From an uncultured delta proteobacterium (lineage in GTDB: Bacteria; Desulfobacterota; WTBG01; CAIYCZ01): a stretch of 64,000 nucleotides of DNA. The stretch covers positions 1-64,000 of the forward strand of contig CAWDOY010000001.1 of NCBI GenBank assembly GCA_963803975.1, in the 5' to 3' direction. Made by a program: the position numbers and the translations under genes. Of this stretch, positions 10,482-22,525 are shown in pieces. Below the pieces are notes generated by a model, which saw nothing but the letters and a program-made list of their open reading frames with translations, was not told where the DNA came from and searched no databases. Within the stretch, counting starts at the first letter, position 1. The number at the start of each line of letters is the position of its first letter.

Positions 10482-12417
10482 ATGAACAAAAAGTACACCC
10501 GCTATATTCCAACAGTTCTTTTTTTTATATTTGGTGTGTGTTATAATTATTTTACACCCTTGTTTACACCCCCTGACGAAGAACGACACTTTGCGTATGG
10601 CGAATACATTGCGCAAAAACACACTCTGCCGCCGTACAAATCTGCCCCTGAAGGCAGCAGTGTTCATATGGCATACCATCCCCCGTTGTATTACCTGATT
10701 TGCTCGCTTTTTTTTCCTGATGACCAGCGTTTACTGAAAGAAGAAATCTCTGTCAATGATGGCCCCGGCTATCGTCTCTTCACCCTTCCCCAAAAGGAAA
10801 CAGAGTTTCCCTATTCAGGGAAGGCCCGGACTGCCTATCTGCTCAGACTTCTTTCTTTGGTGTTAGGCGGGATAACTATATCGCTTATCTATTCTATTGC
10901 CCTGATGTTCTTCCCTGGAGACCAGCTGTTTGCTTCGGTAACGGCAATTTTTGTCGCTACCATTCCACAATTCCTTCACATCTCAGCTTCTATTTCAAAT
11001 GAGAACCTCAGCATAACCCTCTCTACAGCCTACCTCCTTGTGCTCCTGTACTACCTCAGGGAGCCTGCTCAACTCAAGTGGCAGGTCGGCGGCGGAATAC
11101 TCCTCGGGTTGTGTCTTCTCTCAAAAACATCCACAGTGTTCTATCTGCCGGTGACAACACTTTTTATTTTCTGGCTGTGTCTGCGAGACAGGAGAAATCC
11201 GCTCCCTCCTCTCGTTCTTATCCTTGGTACGGCTATCGTCGTTTCAGGGTGGTGGTTTTTCCGCAACTGGCTGATGTTCAATGACCCCGTATTCTCGAAA
11301 ACCTATGACATCTTAAATGTGTTCCATCGGCGAGATGTCCCACTTTCGCTGGACTATTTTAATACGGTGATCGAAAAAACGTTCACCACCTTCTTCGGTA
11401 TTTTCGGATCATTAGAATTTTCTCTTCCCGAATTTCACTTTGCAATCTATGGAATTATCATCCTGCTGAGCATTCTCGGGCTCTTTCTGTTATGGGCAAA
11501 AAAAGAGCTGTCGTCATCACAGGTTAATATGCTGGTCCTTTTTTTGCTTTTTATATCAGGGGCAACGGTAATGTATGGGTACATAAATATAAAATACACA
11601 GGCTTTTATTTAGGAAGGTATCTCTATGTGGTCATAGCACCTCTTGCGGTTATATTGATCATGGGTTTTCGGGCACTGTTTTTTCTTCGTTGGAGAAATC
11701 CTTCCCTGGTGGTGCTCTCGCTCATGTGCCTTATCTTAGCATTATATGTGCCCTTCAGGATTCTCAAACCTGCCTTTGCAGAACCTCGTCTCGCCTTGGG
11801 GGTGGATCAGTCTATGTTCTGCTGTTTCACGCCAGCAATCACCACCATAAGCCAGACTTTTGTCTCACCGGGCAACAAGTTATGTGCAATCCGGGCCATG
11901 TTTTCCTGTCAAGCCCAACGAACAAATGGAGATCTTGTGTTTGTGCTCAAGGAGACCGAAGGGCAGGGAAAAAGTTGTCCGTCAGATGCTGTACCCTATG
12001 AGAGAAACGATAAAAGGTATTGACAGGTGTTTCTTCATCTTCCCCCCCATTATGGATTCTCGCGGCAAGGAGTATCAGGTTTCTTTCAGTGCTCGGCCGG
12101 TATCTGCTGGCGAAGAAATATCTCTCGGGTATGATGCAAGCGATAGGTATCCAGGGGGAAGGATGTTCGTAAATGGAGAGCCGACAGAGGGTGATCTCTA
12201 TTTCAAGACGTACTGTTTTACCGGAGACCACCCGGAGACCGACTGGGAAGGGAGGCGGGAAGTCATCATAGATCAGATGTATGTGAGTGTGCGTGAATCT
12301 CAGCTCTACTCTGAAATGTCAGGAGAATTCAGAAAAAAAACTATAATCCACGAAAAATTGCTACGGGCAGAAAAGGCTTTCCAGAGAAGTAGCCCTTCCG
12401 AAGGGGTTTCCCCATAA
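10482..12417 (+). CDS. GT-C fold membrane glycosyltransferase (DUF2142/ArnT-like), paralog of 1990-3940; frameshift near 11970
   Basis: PPDEERHFAY, HPPLYY, SNENL, LLSKT, GRYLYV; C-terminal domain FFIFPPI..GDLYFKTY..TDWEG matches paralog; shift at GGGAAAAAG run. Confidence 0.8.
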
Positions 12418-12682
12418 ACAGTTGCTGGATGTGAAGATGATATGGGAGCCTTGTGAGTTATGGTCGTTTTTCTGCCTGTCTGGCGCCATTGACATTGTGC
12501 GTCCAGAGAAGGCTTTCAGCATAAATTAGCGGAAGTCCAAGTGTGTGAGCCCGTGGGTATCTATTTTACTCTATGGGCAAGCTATACTGCCAGATGAAAT
12601 ACCCCATCACCTGGTCCGCATCTTTTTAAAGCGCGCTTGAAGCTGCGAGGCATTGCGGATATCTCTCAGAATCGAGGAATAA

Positions 12683-14227
12683 ATGACCCGCAATACAGTT
12701 AGTATTATTATATTTTTAATAGTTGTTTCTATTCCTTTTATATTAATTGATTATGATCACTTTCCGTATTCGGACGGAGCTGAACATGGTGCAGCAGTAA
12801 GGGCTCTGGCAAAAAATTTGATTCACCCCGGTGATCCGATGCTTCATGCGGTTTCAGGAGCATCCGCACGGTATGTCCCCTCTATTTTTATAATGGCGCT
12901 TTTTATGAAAGTATCGGGGCTTGATGTGCTGGTTGTGCTTAAACTATTTGAAATTGTAGGCCTTGCCTTCTTCCTCATCTCTGCAGCTCTTTTTAGCAGT
13001 GCAATATTTTAGTGATAGAGGACAAGCGCCCTGGTCAATTGCCTGCCTGTTGTTTCTCTGGGGACTTGGCTGGACGGGCACTAATGCCTATATGTTTTCT
13101 GCAATTCTGTATACCGCTTATTATCCATCCGTGGTGTCCTTTTGCCTCGCATTACTTGCTTTATATTTTCAGCTTCGTTTCTTACGCAGTGAACGGCGCG
13201 CTTTTCTTGTCGGAGCAGTTCTTTCAGGCGCCATCTGCTTTGTCAATCACCCCCTAACCGGGGCCTTTTTCTTCATTTGTTCTGGACTTGCTCTATCTGG
13301 AAAGGGAGGGCATGAATAAAAAAGCTCTATCCTGTTATACCCTATCTATAATAACTGCCCTGTGCCTGACTGTTCTCTGGCCGTACTATAATTTCTTTGC
13401 TTCTTTAATGACCATTGCCTCTGGTGAGATGCAAAAAACTATGGACTACAGCCTCACCCGTGAATATCTCTATTCAAAGCCGCTGCTACGCTCAGGAGCT
13501 GCCCTCGCAGGTATTCCCATAGCGCTTTATTATCTCATGAAGAGACAATATTTATTATTATGGGGAGGAAGTTTACTGTTTGGCCTTTTATATCTATATG
13601 GGTTTTATAGTACTATCAGCCTTGCTGAGCGTTGTGTCTTTTTTATGCTGTGCCTTTTACAGATAGCGGCTTCCAGATTATGCCGTGAATGGTCTGCAAA
13701 AAATGCCTGGACGTCACAACACCTCGGTAATAAAATTTTTTTTACCTTTTTAGTCTTTCTTCTAGTCGGGGGGTATAGCAACACAGGCTGCGCTGGTATT
13801 CAAAGAATTTATAGCTCCTTCCTTTTCTTTTGCAGCAGGGTCGGCATTTCCCCGCTATGACAATCCCAATGCAATACAGGATGAGCTAAAGAAATATCTC
13901 AAGGATGGGGATGTGGTTTTATCTGACATCTATTCTTCATGGGCTGTTCCCGTCTATACCGGGGCTAAAATTGTTGCGCTCTTTCACACCGCCCCTCATG
14001 TAAAAGACAACATACAAAGAATTGCTGATGTCGAAGCCTTTTATGATGTCACAACGCCAAATTCCGTTAGAAATGAAATTTTAAAGAAGCACAGTGTTAC
14101 GCATGTCTTTTTTAATTTCAAGATTAACGGAAAAAAAACTGAACCGATTTTACTGGAGAATGGATATAGAGCTATTGTACGCACAGAATTGTTTTGTATT
14201 TTCTCAGTGCCATTATCTGAGGGATAA
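12683..14227 (+). CDS. Polytopic membrane protein, probable GT-C (arabinofuranosyltransferase-like); about 3 frameshifts
   Basis: Four consecutive same-strand ORFs; SDGAEH, YYPS, NHPLT motifs and C-terminal VLSD..S..VP.YTGAK.V soluble domain. Confidence 0.55.
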
Positions 14228-14324
14228 AAATAAGTAAAAATACGTAAAATTTAATGGTGGTATAAGCTCTTCTTCAGGGCAGGGCATATATAGGTGCGTT
14301 TATATAACAAGAGGATCTGCAAAA

Positions 14325-15953
14325 TTAATGGTCTTTCCTTTTGTAAATAAAAACTTTTTGCCCGACATACCCTTCAATATTCACCTCAGCGAACTTCCTG
14401 AAAAACGGGCGGGATCTATTGCTTTTATCCCACACGATACAATATTCGACGTTATATTTCTCGATTTCTTTGTCTACTTCACTGTCAGTCATATCCTCAG
14501 TTGATCCATAGATTTTTGATTTCAGGTGGTATGTCAGGAATAAAGATTCATACCAGTAGCTATCGCATATAAGTTTTGAGCCGGGAGGAATGTATTTTCT
14601 AATTGACAGGCTCTCGAGATATAGTGCTTTTCCAGTATTAAGATTCTGGTACAGGGCCTTCGCTGGTTCTATTGAAAATGAAGCTATAAAAGCAACAAGC
14701 AGGATAGTTTTATTTATTCTCGCCAAAGAATAACGCTGAAATATTCTATCAAGCACATGCCCCCCCATTAACACAAATAAAAAACATATGGGCATGAGAT
14801 ATCTTCCTTCAACCCCCACACTGCCAAAACAATACCCTGCTACGAAGGGCACGATGGCCAGAAGAAGAAATATCATTTCTCGGTCTGCAGCAAATTCTCT
14901 GGGACTGATAAGTAAAAACGCTAAATATCCGCAGCACAGGACAAAAGCCATTGGCGAAAAAGAAAATAATATCAACAGGCTCTGGGTCATATGGCGCGTG
15001 GAGAATCTTACCAGATGCTTGAATGCAGCAAGCGATGCAAAGGGGCTCCAGGGAATATGAACAGAACCTGATATAAAATAAGAGTACGGGTCGTCCCATA
15101 TGCTCACTGCTGAGTTGTCGGGAGGTTCTATAAAAAAGTTTATTTTCGGTGGCGGGATGGGGTTCATTGTTACATAGTTGGCATAAGCCGTAGTGGAAAA
15201 TGTAAACTTTCCGTATTTGTAACTTATAGCAGTGATATAGGGGCTGCTAATAAGTGTAAACAACGCAAGCGCACTCATAAAATTGAGCACCACTGTTTTT
15301 CTAAGGCGTGGGCTATTATTTTTCAGGTAAAGGATCGCATTCATTAGGGGGAAGTGATACAGAAAAAAAGGCAAATTGAAGTGTTTTGATAAATAGGCTA
15401 AACCACCCAGAACTCCACAGCAGATTCCCGGTTTGATGTTATAAGTATAGTCGCGGGCAAAAATAAAAACGAAATAAAAAAGCAGAAAGCATGTTTGAAG
15501 AGGATCCGGGCTGACGAAAGAGAAGCAAAAAGCGAGTACTATGGGTACCAAGGCAACCAGTATCGACATCCTGATTTTATTACTCAGTGAGAATGAAAAG
15601 CATAACAAGTGCATCGATATTATTATACCAATACCGGCGGCCAGGTTTATAAGTTTTACCGCCAGTGAGGGGTCTAATCCAACATATAAGAAGGGAACTA
15701 ACAGTATTGAATATAACGGACTCCAGTGACCTGTAATGGCATTATAGAAATCGCCTCGCAATAATTTTTGAGCGCTTAAGATATAAGAAATGCCATCAAC
15801 AGTTACCTGGTATTTGTAAAAGGGGAGCAGGATCACGCCCAGTATCCCATATAGTAGAAGCACTATAAGAAGAAAATTATTAGGCTTCGCAAACCAGGAC
15901 CTTTTATTTAATGGCATGTGGTTCATATAGCGGTACTCACGATTTCTCCCCAA
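14325..15953 (-). CDS. GT-C/ArnT-like membrane glycosyltransferase
   Basis: DGISY, HWSPLYS, SPDPL, LAYLSK, GRYLMP motifs; many TM segments; true start probably 15926 or 15917. Confidence 0.7.
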   Translation of the reverse strand: MGRNREYRYMNHMPLNKRSWFAKPNNFLLIVLLLYGILGVILLPFYKYQVTVDGISYILSAQKLLRGDFYNAITGHWSPLYSILLVPFLYVGLDPSLAVKLINLAAGIGIIISMHLLCFSFSLSNKIRMSILVALVPIVLAFCFSFVSPDPLQTCFLLFYFVFIFARDYTYNIKPGICCGVLGGLAYLSKHFNLPFFLYHFPLMNAILYLKNNSPRLRKTVVLNFMSALALFTLISSPYITAISYKYGKFTFSTTAYANYVTMNPIPPPKINFFIEPPDNSAVSIWDDPYSYFISGSVHIPWSPFASLAAFKHLVRFSTRHMTQSLLILFSFSPMAFVLCCGYLAFLLISPREFAADREMIFLLLAIVPFVAGYCFGSVGVEGRYLMPICFLFVLMGGHVLDRIFQRYSLARINKTILLVAFIASFSIEPAKALYQNLNTGKALYLESLSIRKYIPPGSKLICDSYWYESLFLTYHLKSKIYGSTEDMTDSEVDKEIEKYNVEYCIVWDKSNRSRPFFRKFAEVNIEGYVGQKVFIYKRKDH

Positions 15954-16048
15954 GAAAAATTAAGGGTCAGATATCTCTGTAGCATGTATTATGAAATTTA
16001 GGGTAGTATGCAGGAAAGATATGTTTTAGATAAAGTTTAACGAGTGTT

Positions 16049-16816
16049 TCATTTTATTATTTTCACACAAATATAAGCCCAGTTGCTTTGCGGTACAAAC
16101 TTCTTAGAAATTTTAATAATAGCATTACTTAAAAAAATGAAAAACCTGTTATACGCAAGGTTTGGGAAACCAACTGAGTAGTGAAAAATAACCCGGTAAA
16201 AATTTGAGGGCTCATACATAAAAAGTTCAAAATGCCCCAGAGTGGCAGCGAGATTGGCAATATTTTTTATATTTGAGGCAAGGAGTCCCCTCTCTGCTCT
16301 AATGGCCAGCGCTTGGAGAAAGAAACCCAGATTTCTTCCGTTTGCTTCCATAAAATACAAAACCCCTGCGTCTTTTAGTACGCGGAAGCTTTCATCTAAC
16401 ACTTTTTTTTGTAGATTTCCCGTATGGTGCAGGAGATCACGAAAAAAAACAAAGTCAAAGGTTCTATCTTTAAAAGGAAGCGAAGCAGCTGAAGCTGTTA
16501 TACCTGTAACATCTTTTAAATTCTGTTGACAAAATACTACCCTTTCATGAGAAAAGTCTACTCCGCAGATTTTTTGTTTTACCCCTAAATTTCGCAGAAG
16601 TGCAATGTTAGGCCCCTCCCCACAACCGCTTTCAAGTATGAGCGCATTATCTGGTAAGAGTTTAATATCATCCGCTAAGCTGGCTAAAATAAGACTTTCT
16701 TTAACAGAAACGTAGGGATTTTCTGTTCGCCACTTGAAATTTGCAACAAAAGGTTTTTTAAAATAACTTTTCTGAAATTCCTTTACATTATTGGCCATAG
16801 ATAGAGAGCTACGCAA
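16049..16816 (-). CDS. Class I SAM-dependent methyltransferase
   Basis: ILESGCGEG, GVDFS, LPFKDRTFDFVF..LLHH, RVLK. Confidence 0.85.
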   Translation of the reverse strand: MRSSLSMANNVKEFQKSYFKKPFVANFKWRTENPYVSVKESLILASLADDIKLLPDNALILESGCGEGPNIALLRNLGVKQKICGVDFSHERVVFCQQNLKDVTGITASAASLPFKDRTFDFVFFRDLLHHTGNLQKKVLDESFRVLKDAGVLYFMEANGRNLGFFLQALAIRAERGLLASNIKNIANLAATLGHFELFMYEPSNFYRVIFHYSVGFPNLAYNRFFIFLSNAIIKISKKFVPQSNWAYICVKIIK

Positions 16817-18268
16817 TCTTTAACTTTAAAAAAGCAACCCAACACATTCTGAGCATTATCCATGCATTCCGAAGCCTGCCAGTCATTTTGGTTTCCCCGG
16901 CTACACGACTTACATAGTGAACTGGTAATTCTACAATATGAAGGTTGTGTTTTGCAGCCCCGAATATCCAGTCATAGTCCCCCCATTTATCGATGGGGCC
17001 AAAATATTCCCGTGCTTCAATCAGCTTTGGATAATCTCTTCGAGGATCACTTTTGTTCCACATAACGTATCTTTAATCGGCTGCTCCAGAATAAAGGTAA
17101 AGAGCATCGCAAAAAGCTTATTGCCAAAAATGTTAGCGGTACGCATTGCCTGGTCTTCCATCGGATACAGTAAGCGGGAGCCGTTTATAAATTCGCCCTT
17201 GCCTTGGGTAATTAGTTCAAAAAATTCGGGTAACACTTCTGGCATCACAGTCATATCAGCATCAAGGATCATAAAGATATCATTTTGGGCTATTGCAAAA
17301 CCTTCCCGGCATGCTGCTCCTTTTCCAACACCTGGACCTTCAACTATGCGGATGTTTTTTTCGGGGTGGCGTATTATCTGTTCATTTATTTTTTGAGCTG
17401 TTGTGTCGGTAGATTTATCATCTACGAAAACAATTTCAGTTCCATTGCCCATTTCAGGTACCCGTTTTACAATATCCTCAATATTTTCCTCTTCATTCTT
17501 GCACGGAACAACAATACTCACAGTCATTTTCTGCAGGGGTATCAAACGGTATGAGTGGGCGAGCAATAATGTAGTAGGTAGCTCCGAGACGACGAAAGAG
17601 GGGCATTCTCACTAAAAGATTATTTAAACACTCAGAAAGCACAGGAATATATTTTGGCAACATAGTTCTGTAGCCTTCACGAACAACTGTAAAGTCAGCA
17701 GACTGGAGCAATCCATGGAAGTCCTGAGGAGAGAACCAATTTTGTGCTGGACTTTTAGGTCTCAACCCCAGAAGTGCACCGAATTCCAAGATTGGTTCCC
17801 AAAAATAATTGTAGGTAATGATAATAAGGCGCGACTCAGGTTTCATGACTTTCCATATGCTTTTCAGACACTCCTAATATCAATCATTTCAGTAATTGAG
17901 TTCACTGAAATGACAAAGTCAAATTTATCATTTAGCTGGTTTGTATCTTCAATGTCCATACTTTGAACGTCAAGTTGCGATAGAGTTTTCGTGCTTCTGC
18001 AATCATGTGCTTGCTGAAATCTATCCGACCCCATAGGCCGGGCCACATGGGCAAGCATGTGACCGACCCCACAGCCCACATCCAGCACACGTTTTTTGGG
18101 GCGGAATAACATTGCGATGACAGTCTTTATTTGGTGTAGTAGTAGCTGTTCTTATTAATCCATGTGCTGCTAGCGGGGGGCTTCGCGGTCGTAGAAAGCG
18201 CGGATTTTGTTTTTTCTCTTTTGGAGATATTCTGAATAGCCGTCTGCAGCGGTGATGTCGGTTGGCAT
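16809..18268 (-). CDS. Bifunctional methyltransferase-GT2 glycosyltransferase; multiple frameshifts
   Basis: N-terminal fragment VLDVGCGVG; C-terminal SIVVPCKNEE, VDDKSTD, ILDAD, DTLCGTK, WGDYD..FGAAK, ELPVHY; ATG at 18268. Confidence 0.75.
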
Positions 18269-18278
18269 GGTTGTCTGT

Positions 18279-19327
18279 CTATGAAAGCTTTTCCCGTTCA
18301 GCCGTTATTATCTCATCAATGATTTTTTCCAGGCTTTTAGTTATTTTCCAGCCGGGATAATGCGCTTTCAGCTTGCGCAGATCGCTTATGTAGCAGATGT
18401 GGTCACCCACGCGCGGCTCTTCAACATAGACCGTCTTCATCTCTCTGCCGAGGCGCTGCTGAATCATTGCAATACATTCAAGAACGGAGGCGTTGTTTTC
18501 CCGCCCTCCGCCCAGATTGTACACTTCGCCGGGCCGGGGGTTCTGAACAAAGGCGTCGAACGCACTAATGACATCAAAGCTGTGTATCTGATCGCGGACC
18601 TGTTTGCCCTTGTAGCCGATGATGGTATAGGTTTCGTTGCGCACGGCAACCTTTACCAGATACGAAAGGAATCCGTGCAGCGGCACGCCTGAATGGGCGC
18701 TGCCCGTCATGCAACCAGCCCGAAAAATACCTACCTTCATCCCAAAGTATTTACCATATTCTTGGCATAATATATCTGCAGAGGCCTTGCTTGCACCGAA
18801 CAGGCTGTGCAGGCAGTTATCAATCCGGCAGGTCTCGTTTATCCCGGGGTAATCTTCCTCCCGCGCATATTCCCAGCGGGTGGGCAGTTCCTTCACGGTA
18901 ACTTCATTGGGCGCATCTCCATAGACCTTGTTGGTACTGGCAAACACAAAAACTGAATTCGGCACTGTGGTCTGGCTGCCTCGAGCAGGTTTAGTGTACC
19001 GAGAGCATTTACTTCAAAATCGTCGAGCGGGCGGTCTTTTGCCAGGTCGTGGCTTGGCTGTGCTGCACAATGGATGATAATATCGGGCTTTTCCTTCCGG
19101 AACAGATCAAATATGGCAGCACGGTTGCGGATATCAATGTCCCGGTGGGAAAAATGCCTGCAGCTGTGCTGCAGCGTTTGCAGCATCCAGGTGGTATCAC
19201 CCGCAGGGCCGAAAAAATCACGGCGCATATTGTTATCAATGCCCAGGACAGAAGCCCCCTGTCTGTCATAATACAAAACCGCTTCAGACCCTACTAATCC
19301 ACTTGAGCCGGTGACAATAACTTTCAT
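18279..19327 (-). CDS. NAD-dependent epimerase/dehydratase (CDP-tyvelose-2-epimerase-like); frameshift near 18965
   Basis: [36 protein letters not shown]. Confidence 0.85.
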
Positions 19328-19630
19328 GGTATTCCTTCGCTGATTTAACATTATGGTAGCGTGTGCACTATGCATCGGAAGCAGGGGACACAAAAGTAAG
19401 GCCTCATTAATAAAAAAATATGGATTTACCAGACGATGAAAGCTTCCTGCACTTTAGATAAATACTCTATTTCCTCCTCTATGACAATCTTTTTTCAGCA
19501 GGTATGCGCCGGAGTCTTCCCTCGTGATGATTGCCCGGGAAGGGCTACTCACGAATAATGGCGGGCACGGGAAAATCATGCTTGACCCGGAAGCGAAAAT
19601 GAATGATATCAGTACGATGAGGATTTCCCG

Positions 19631-20809
19631 ATGAAAAAAATCTTATTTCCCATGCTATTAGTTTTTGTAATATATCTGTTTCTTGAGCTTTTTTCCTTCC
19701 TGGGGCTGGTGCTTCTTAAAAATATCCGGCATCTCGAATATAATCCGGTATTAACATCCTCTCTCTCCCCGTTAAGCAAAAAAACATTAGAGGATCTTGT
19801 TGCGGGTAAAACAACCTACCTTCTCCACAGCCCGGCATTGGGCTGGACCATAAAGCCAAACGGATACTGGGATAATTTATATCGGGCAAACTCCCAGAGC
19901 ATCCGGGCCGACCACGACTACCAGTTTTACCCGGACAATAATAAAATACGTATTACTACGTTTGGCGATTCATTTACCCATGGTGAAGAAGTAAAAAATG
20001 AATATACATGGCAGGAACAGTTGACCACGCTTTGTCCACAACTGGAAGTTATAAATTTTGGTGTAGGGGGGTATGGATTAGATCAGGCATTTCTCCGATA
20101 TAAAACCGAGGGGAAAATATATCATCCGCATATTGTTCTTATAGGATTTATGCAGGAGAATATTAACCGGACGGTCAATGTATTTCGTCCCTTTTATACG
20201 GAGGGCATTCCGCTAACAAAACCTCGTTTTATTTTACAGAATGATGCCTTAATTTTATTGCCTAATCCGTTGACAGATCTAACTGCTTGCAAAGAATTAC
20301 TAAATAACCCCGCACCGCTATTATCTCAATTGGGGGAAAACGATTTTCATTTTAGCGTGAGGAACAAAGCAAGTTTTTTTGATTTTTCTCCTTCATTTCG
20401 CATAATTAAATTGATCTATCAAACTCTCTATAAGCGGTATTATGATAAAAGCATTTATAAAAATGGGTATCTTAATTCAAAGGCAGAAGCATTTCTCATA
20501 ACAAGGAAGCTGTTTGATGAGTTTTATGCTGAAGCCCAACGCAATAATTCTTTGCCGATTATAGTATTATTCCCGTGTCGAGAGGATATTCAAAGGTACT
20601 TTAAAAATAAAACAAAAATTTATGCACCGCTGATTAACTATTTTGTTTCACAACATTACCGATTTATTGATCTCCTTGATGCATTTGAAAAGTATGCTCA
20701 ATCAGTCCCATTGAAAGATTTATTTGTGCAAGATCACTATTCGCCTTTGGGAAATTCAATCGTCGCACAATTTATTTTGGACTATCTTGAAGGAACATCG
20801 TTTTACTGA
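19631..20809 (+). CDS. Membrane-anchored SGNH/GDSL hydrolase-family protein
   Basis: N-terminal TM, FGDSFTHG block I, NFGVGGYG block II, DHYSPLGN block V. Confidence 0.8.
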   Translation: MKKILFPMLLVFVIYLFLELFSFLGLVLLKNIRHLEYNPVLTSSLSPLSKKTLEDLVAGKTTYLLHSPALGWTIKPNGYWDNLYRANSQSIRADHDYQFYPDNNKIRITTFGDSFTHGEEVKNEYTWQEQLTTLCPQLEVINFGVGGYGLDQAFLRYKTEGKIYHPHIVLIGFMQENINRTVNVFRPFYTEGIPLTKPRFILQNDALILLPNPLTDLTACKELLNNPAPLLSQLGENDFHFSVRNKASFFDFSPSFRIIKLIYQTLYKRYYDKSIYKNGYLNSKAEAFLITRKLFDEFYAEAQRNNSLPIIVLFPCREDIQRYFKNKTKIYAPLINYFVSQHYRFIDLLDAFEKYAQSVPLKDLFVQDHYSPLGNSIVAQFILDYLEGTSFY

Positions 20810-20884
20810 TAGACAGGTGATAAAAACAACTATTGCTCAAGATCAGAGTACCAGGCAGGGTGCTCAACGGAAGAAAATACCATA

Positions 20885-22402
20885 ATGGCTGCAGGCATTA
20901 TATTATCAGGCATTCTGCTGGTAAGGATTATACCGGTATTTTTTATTGCCTTTTTCAGCACCAAGGGATTTATTGACATCGGCCATGCCGACCCGCTTCT
21001 CTATTTCGGCGGTGCACAGGCAATTCTTGCCACCGGGGCCAATCCTTTTAATTTTTTCCCGCCCCTTAATTTCCTTTTCATTGCAGCATGTCTGTATCTC
21101 GACCACGGCAGCCCGCTTGTGCCCATAACTGCAATAGCAGTTGTTGGATGGCTTACCGTAGTAGGCATTTACCTTTTTACCAAAGAATTATTCAAAAATG
21201 AAAAAACAGCCCTTATTGCTGCTATAATTAGCGGCATGTATCCTGAGTTTATTTTTTTTGGAATCAGTTTTTATTCTGAAACACTGGCACTGTTCTGGAT
21301 TGTATGCTCGCTCTTGCTGCTGGTGAAATATTTTCGCGGAGCTAACTATTACCACCTTGTGTTCGCGGGGATGTTATGGGCGCTGGCATCGCAGACGAGG
21401 GCAGGGCTGAACTTTTTTGCGCTGTTTATCGGGGCTGTGATTCTGTTGCAGGGATTTAAAAAAGCGCGAAACCTGCAACTGCTCCCGACAGGGCTATTCC
21501 TTAGTTGTTTTTTCTTGACGTTTTTTGTTGTCGGCATTGCCGTACAACCAATTCATGGAGCATATGGTTTTAACTCAAATAACGGCATAGCTGCAGTCGC
21601 TCTCGGGGTAAATCGTATCATGACCCCCGGTACTGATTACGGGAATGTTAAAGGGAAATGTTTACTACGATATTGATATTTTATCCCACGAGAAGTGGCC
21701 AGCAGGAAGTTACGTTGACCCACTGGAAATAATTTCCATGGAAACAGTGCCGGCTGCGGAAAAACTTATAGCCTTTGTTCTGCAGGAGCCGTTTACCTAT
21801 ATAGCGAACTCATTCGGTAAGCTGAGTTGTTTCTGGTCTCCAGAGCACTACATCATAGACTTTCTTAAAAATGTGCTACAAAATTATAGCAGACTGATTG
21901 TTGACGGCATGTGTCTTATTCTGGTTCTGCTCTATGCAGGTATTGTGTGCGGGGGCATCTGGGGGGTATCCATCAGCCGGGATGCCTTGCGCCCGATTTT
22001 CATTATCTTAATAATGTACTTTTGCGTCCTGATTTTTTTCACGGTGGGTAATTCCCGCTTGCGCCTCCCGCTAATGCCGTTGTTTATGATCTATTGCGCA
22101 TATTTTATTATGCAGTTCAGAGATGGCTCCTGGAGGCGTGCTTTTTTAACTAAATGGGTTTTCATCCTTATTTTAATTTTCTGGGTAACAGCATTTATAA
22201 GTATCCGGAAATGCTACTCTCCCCGACAGAAATACAGGTGCAAAAGATAGAGCTCTGCAATCAACTGGGGTTCCCGAAAACAGCACTTTATCTTTACGAA
22301 AAAAATAAAAATTATATGTTTACAAATGACCAGAAGAAGCGCCTGGAAGCTGCCGAAGACGCTGCGAGGGAAAGGCTTTTGAGCGCGAACAAAGAACGCT
22401 GA
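20885..22402 (+). CDS. GT-C (PMT_2/ArnT-like) membrane glycosyltransferase; 2 frameshifts
   Basis: FPPL, YSETL, RLRLPLMP motifs; three overlapping same-strand ORFs. Confidence 0.7.
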
Positions 22403-22525
22403 GCGGTCTTTGTTGAAAAAAATTTACTTTTTCTGCAGAATAGACTAAAAGCATTATGTTCAGCATCCATAGCTTTACTAATAAATGGCGCATATTATGA
22501 TCGAAGGTGAGAGGGCCTATTCTAA

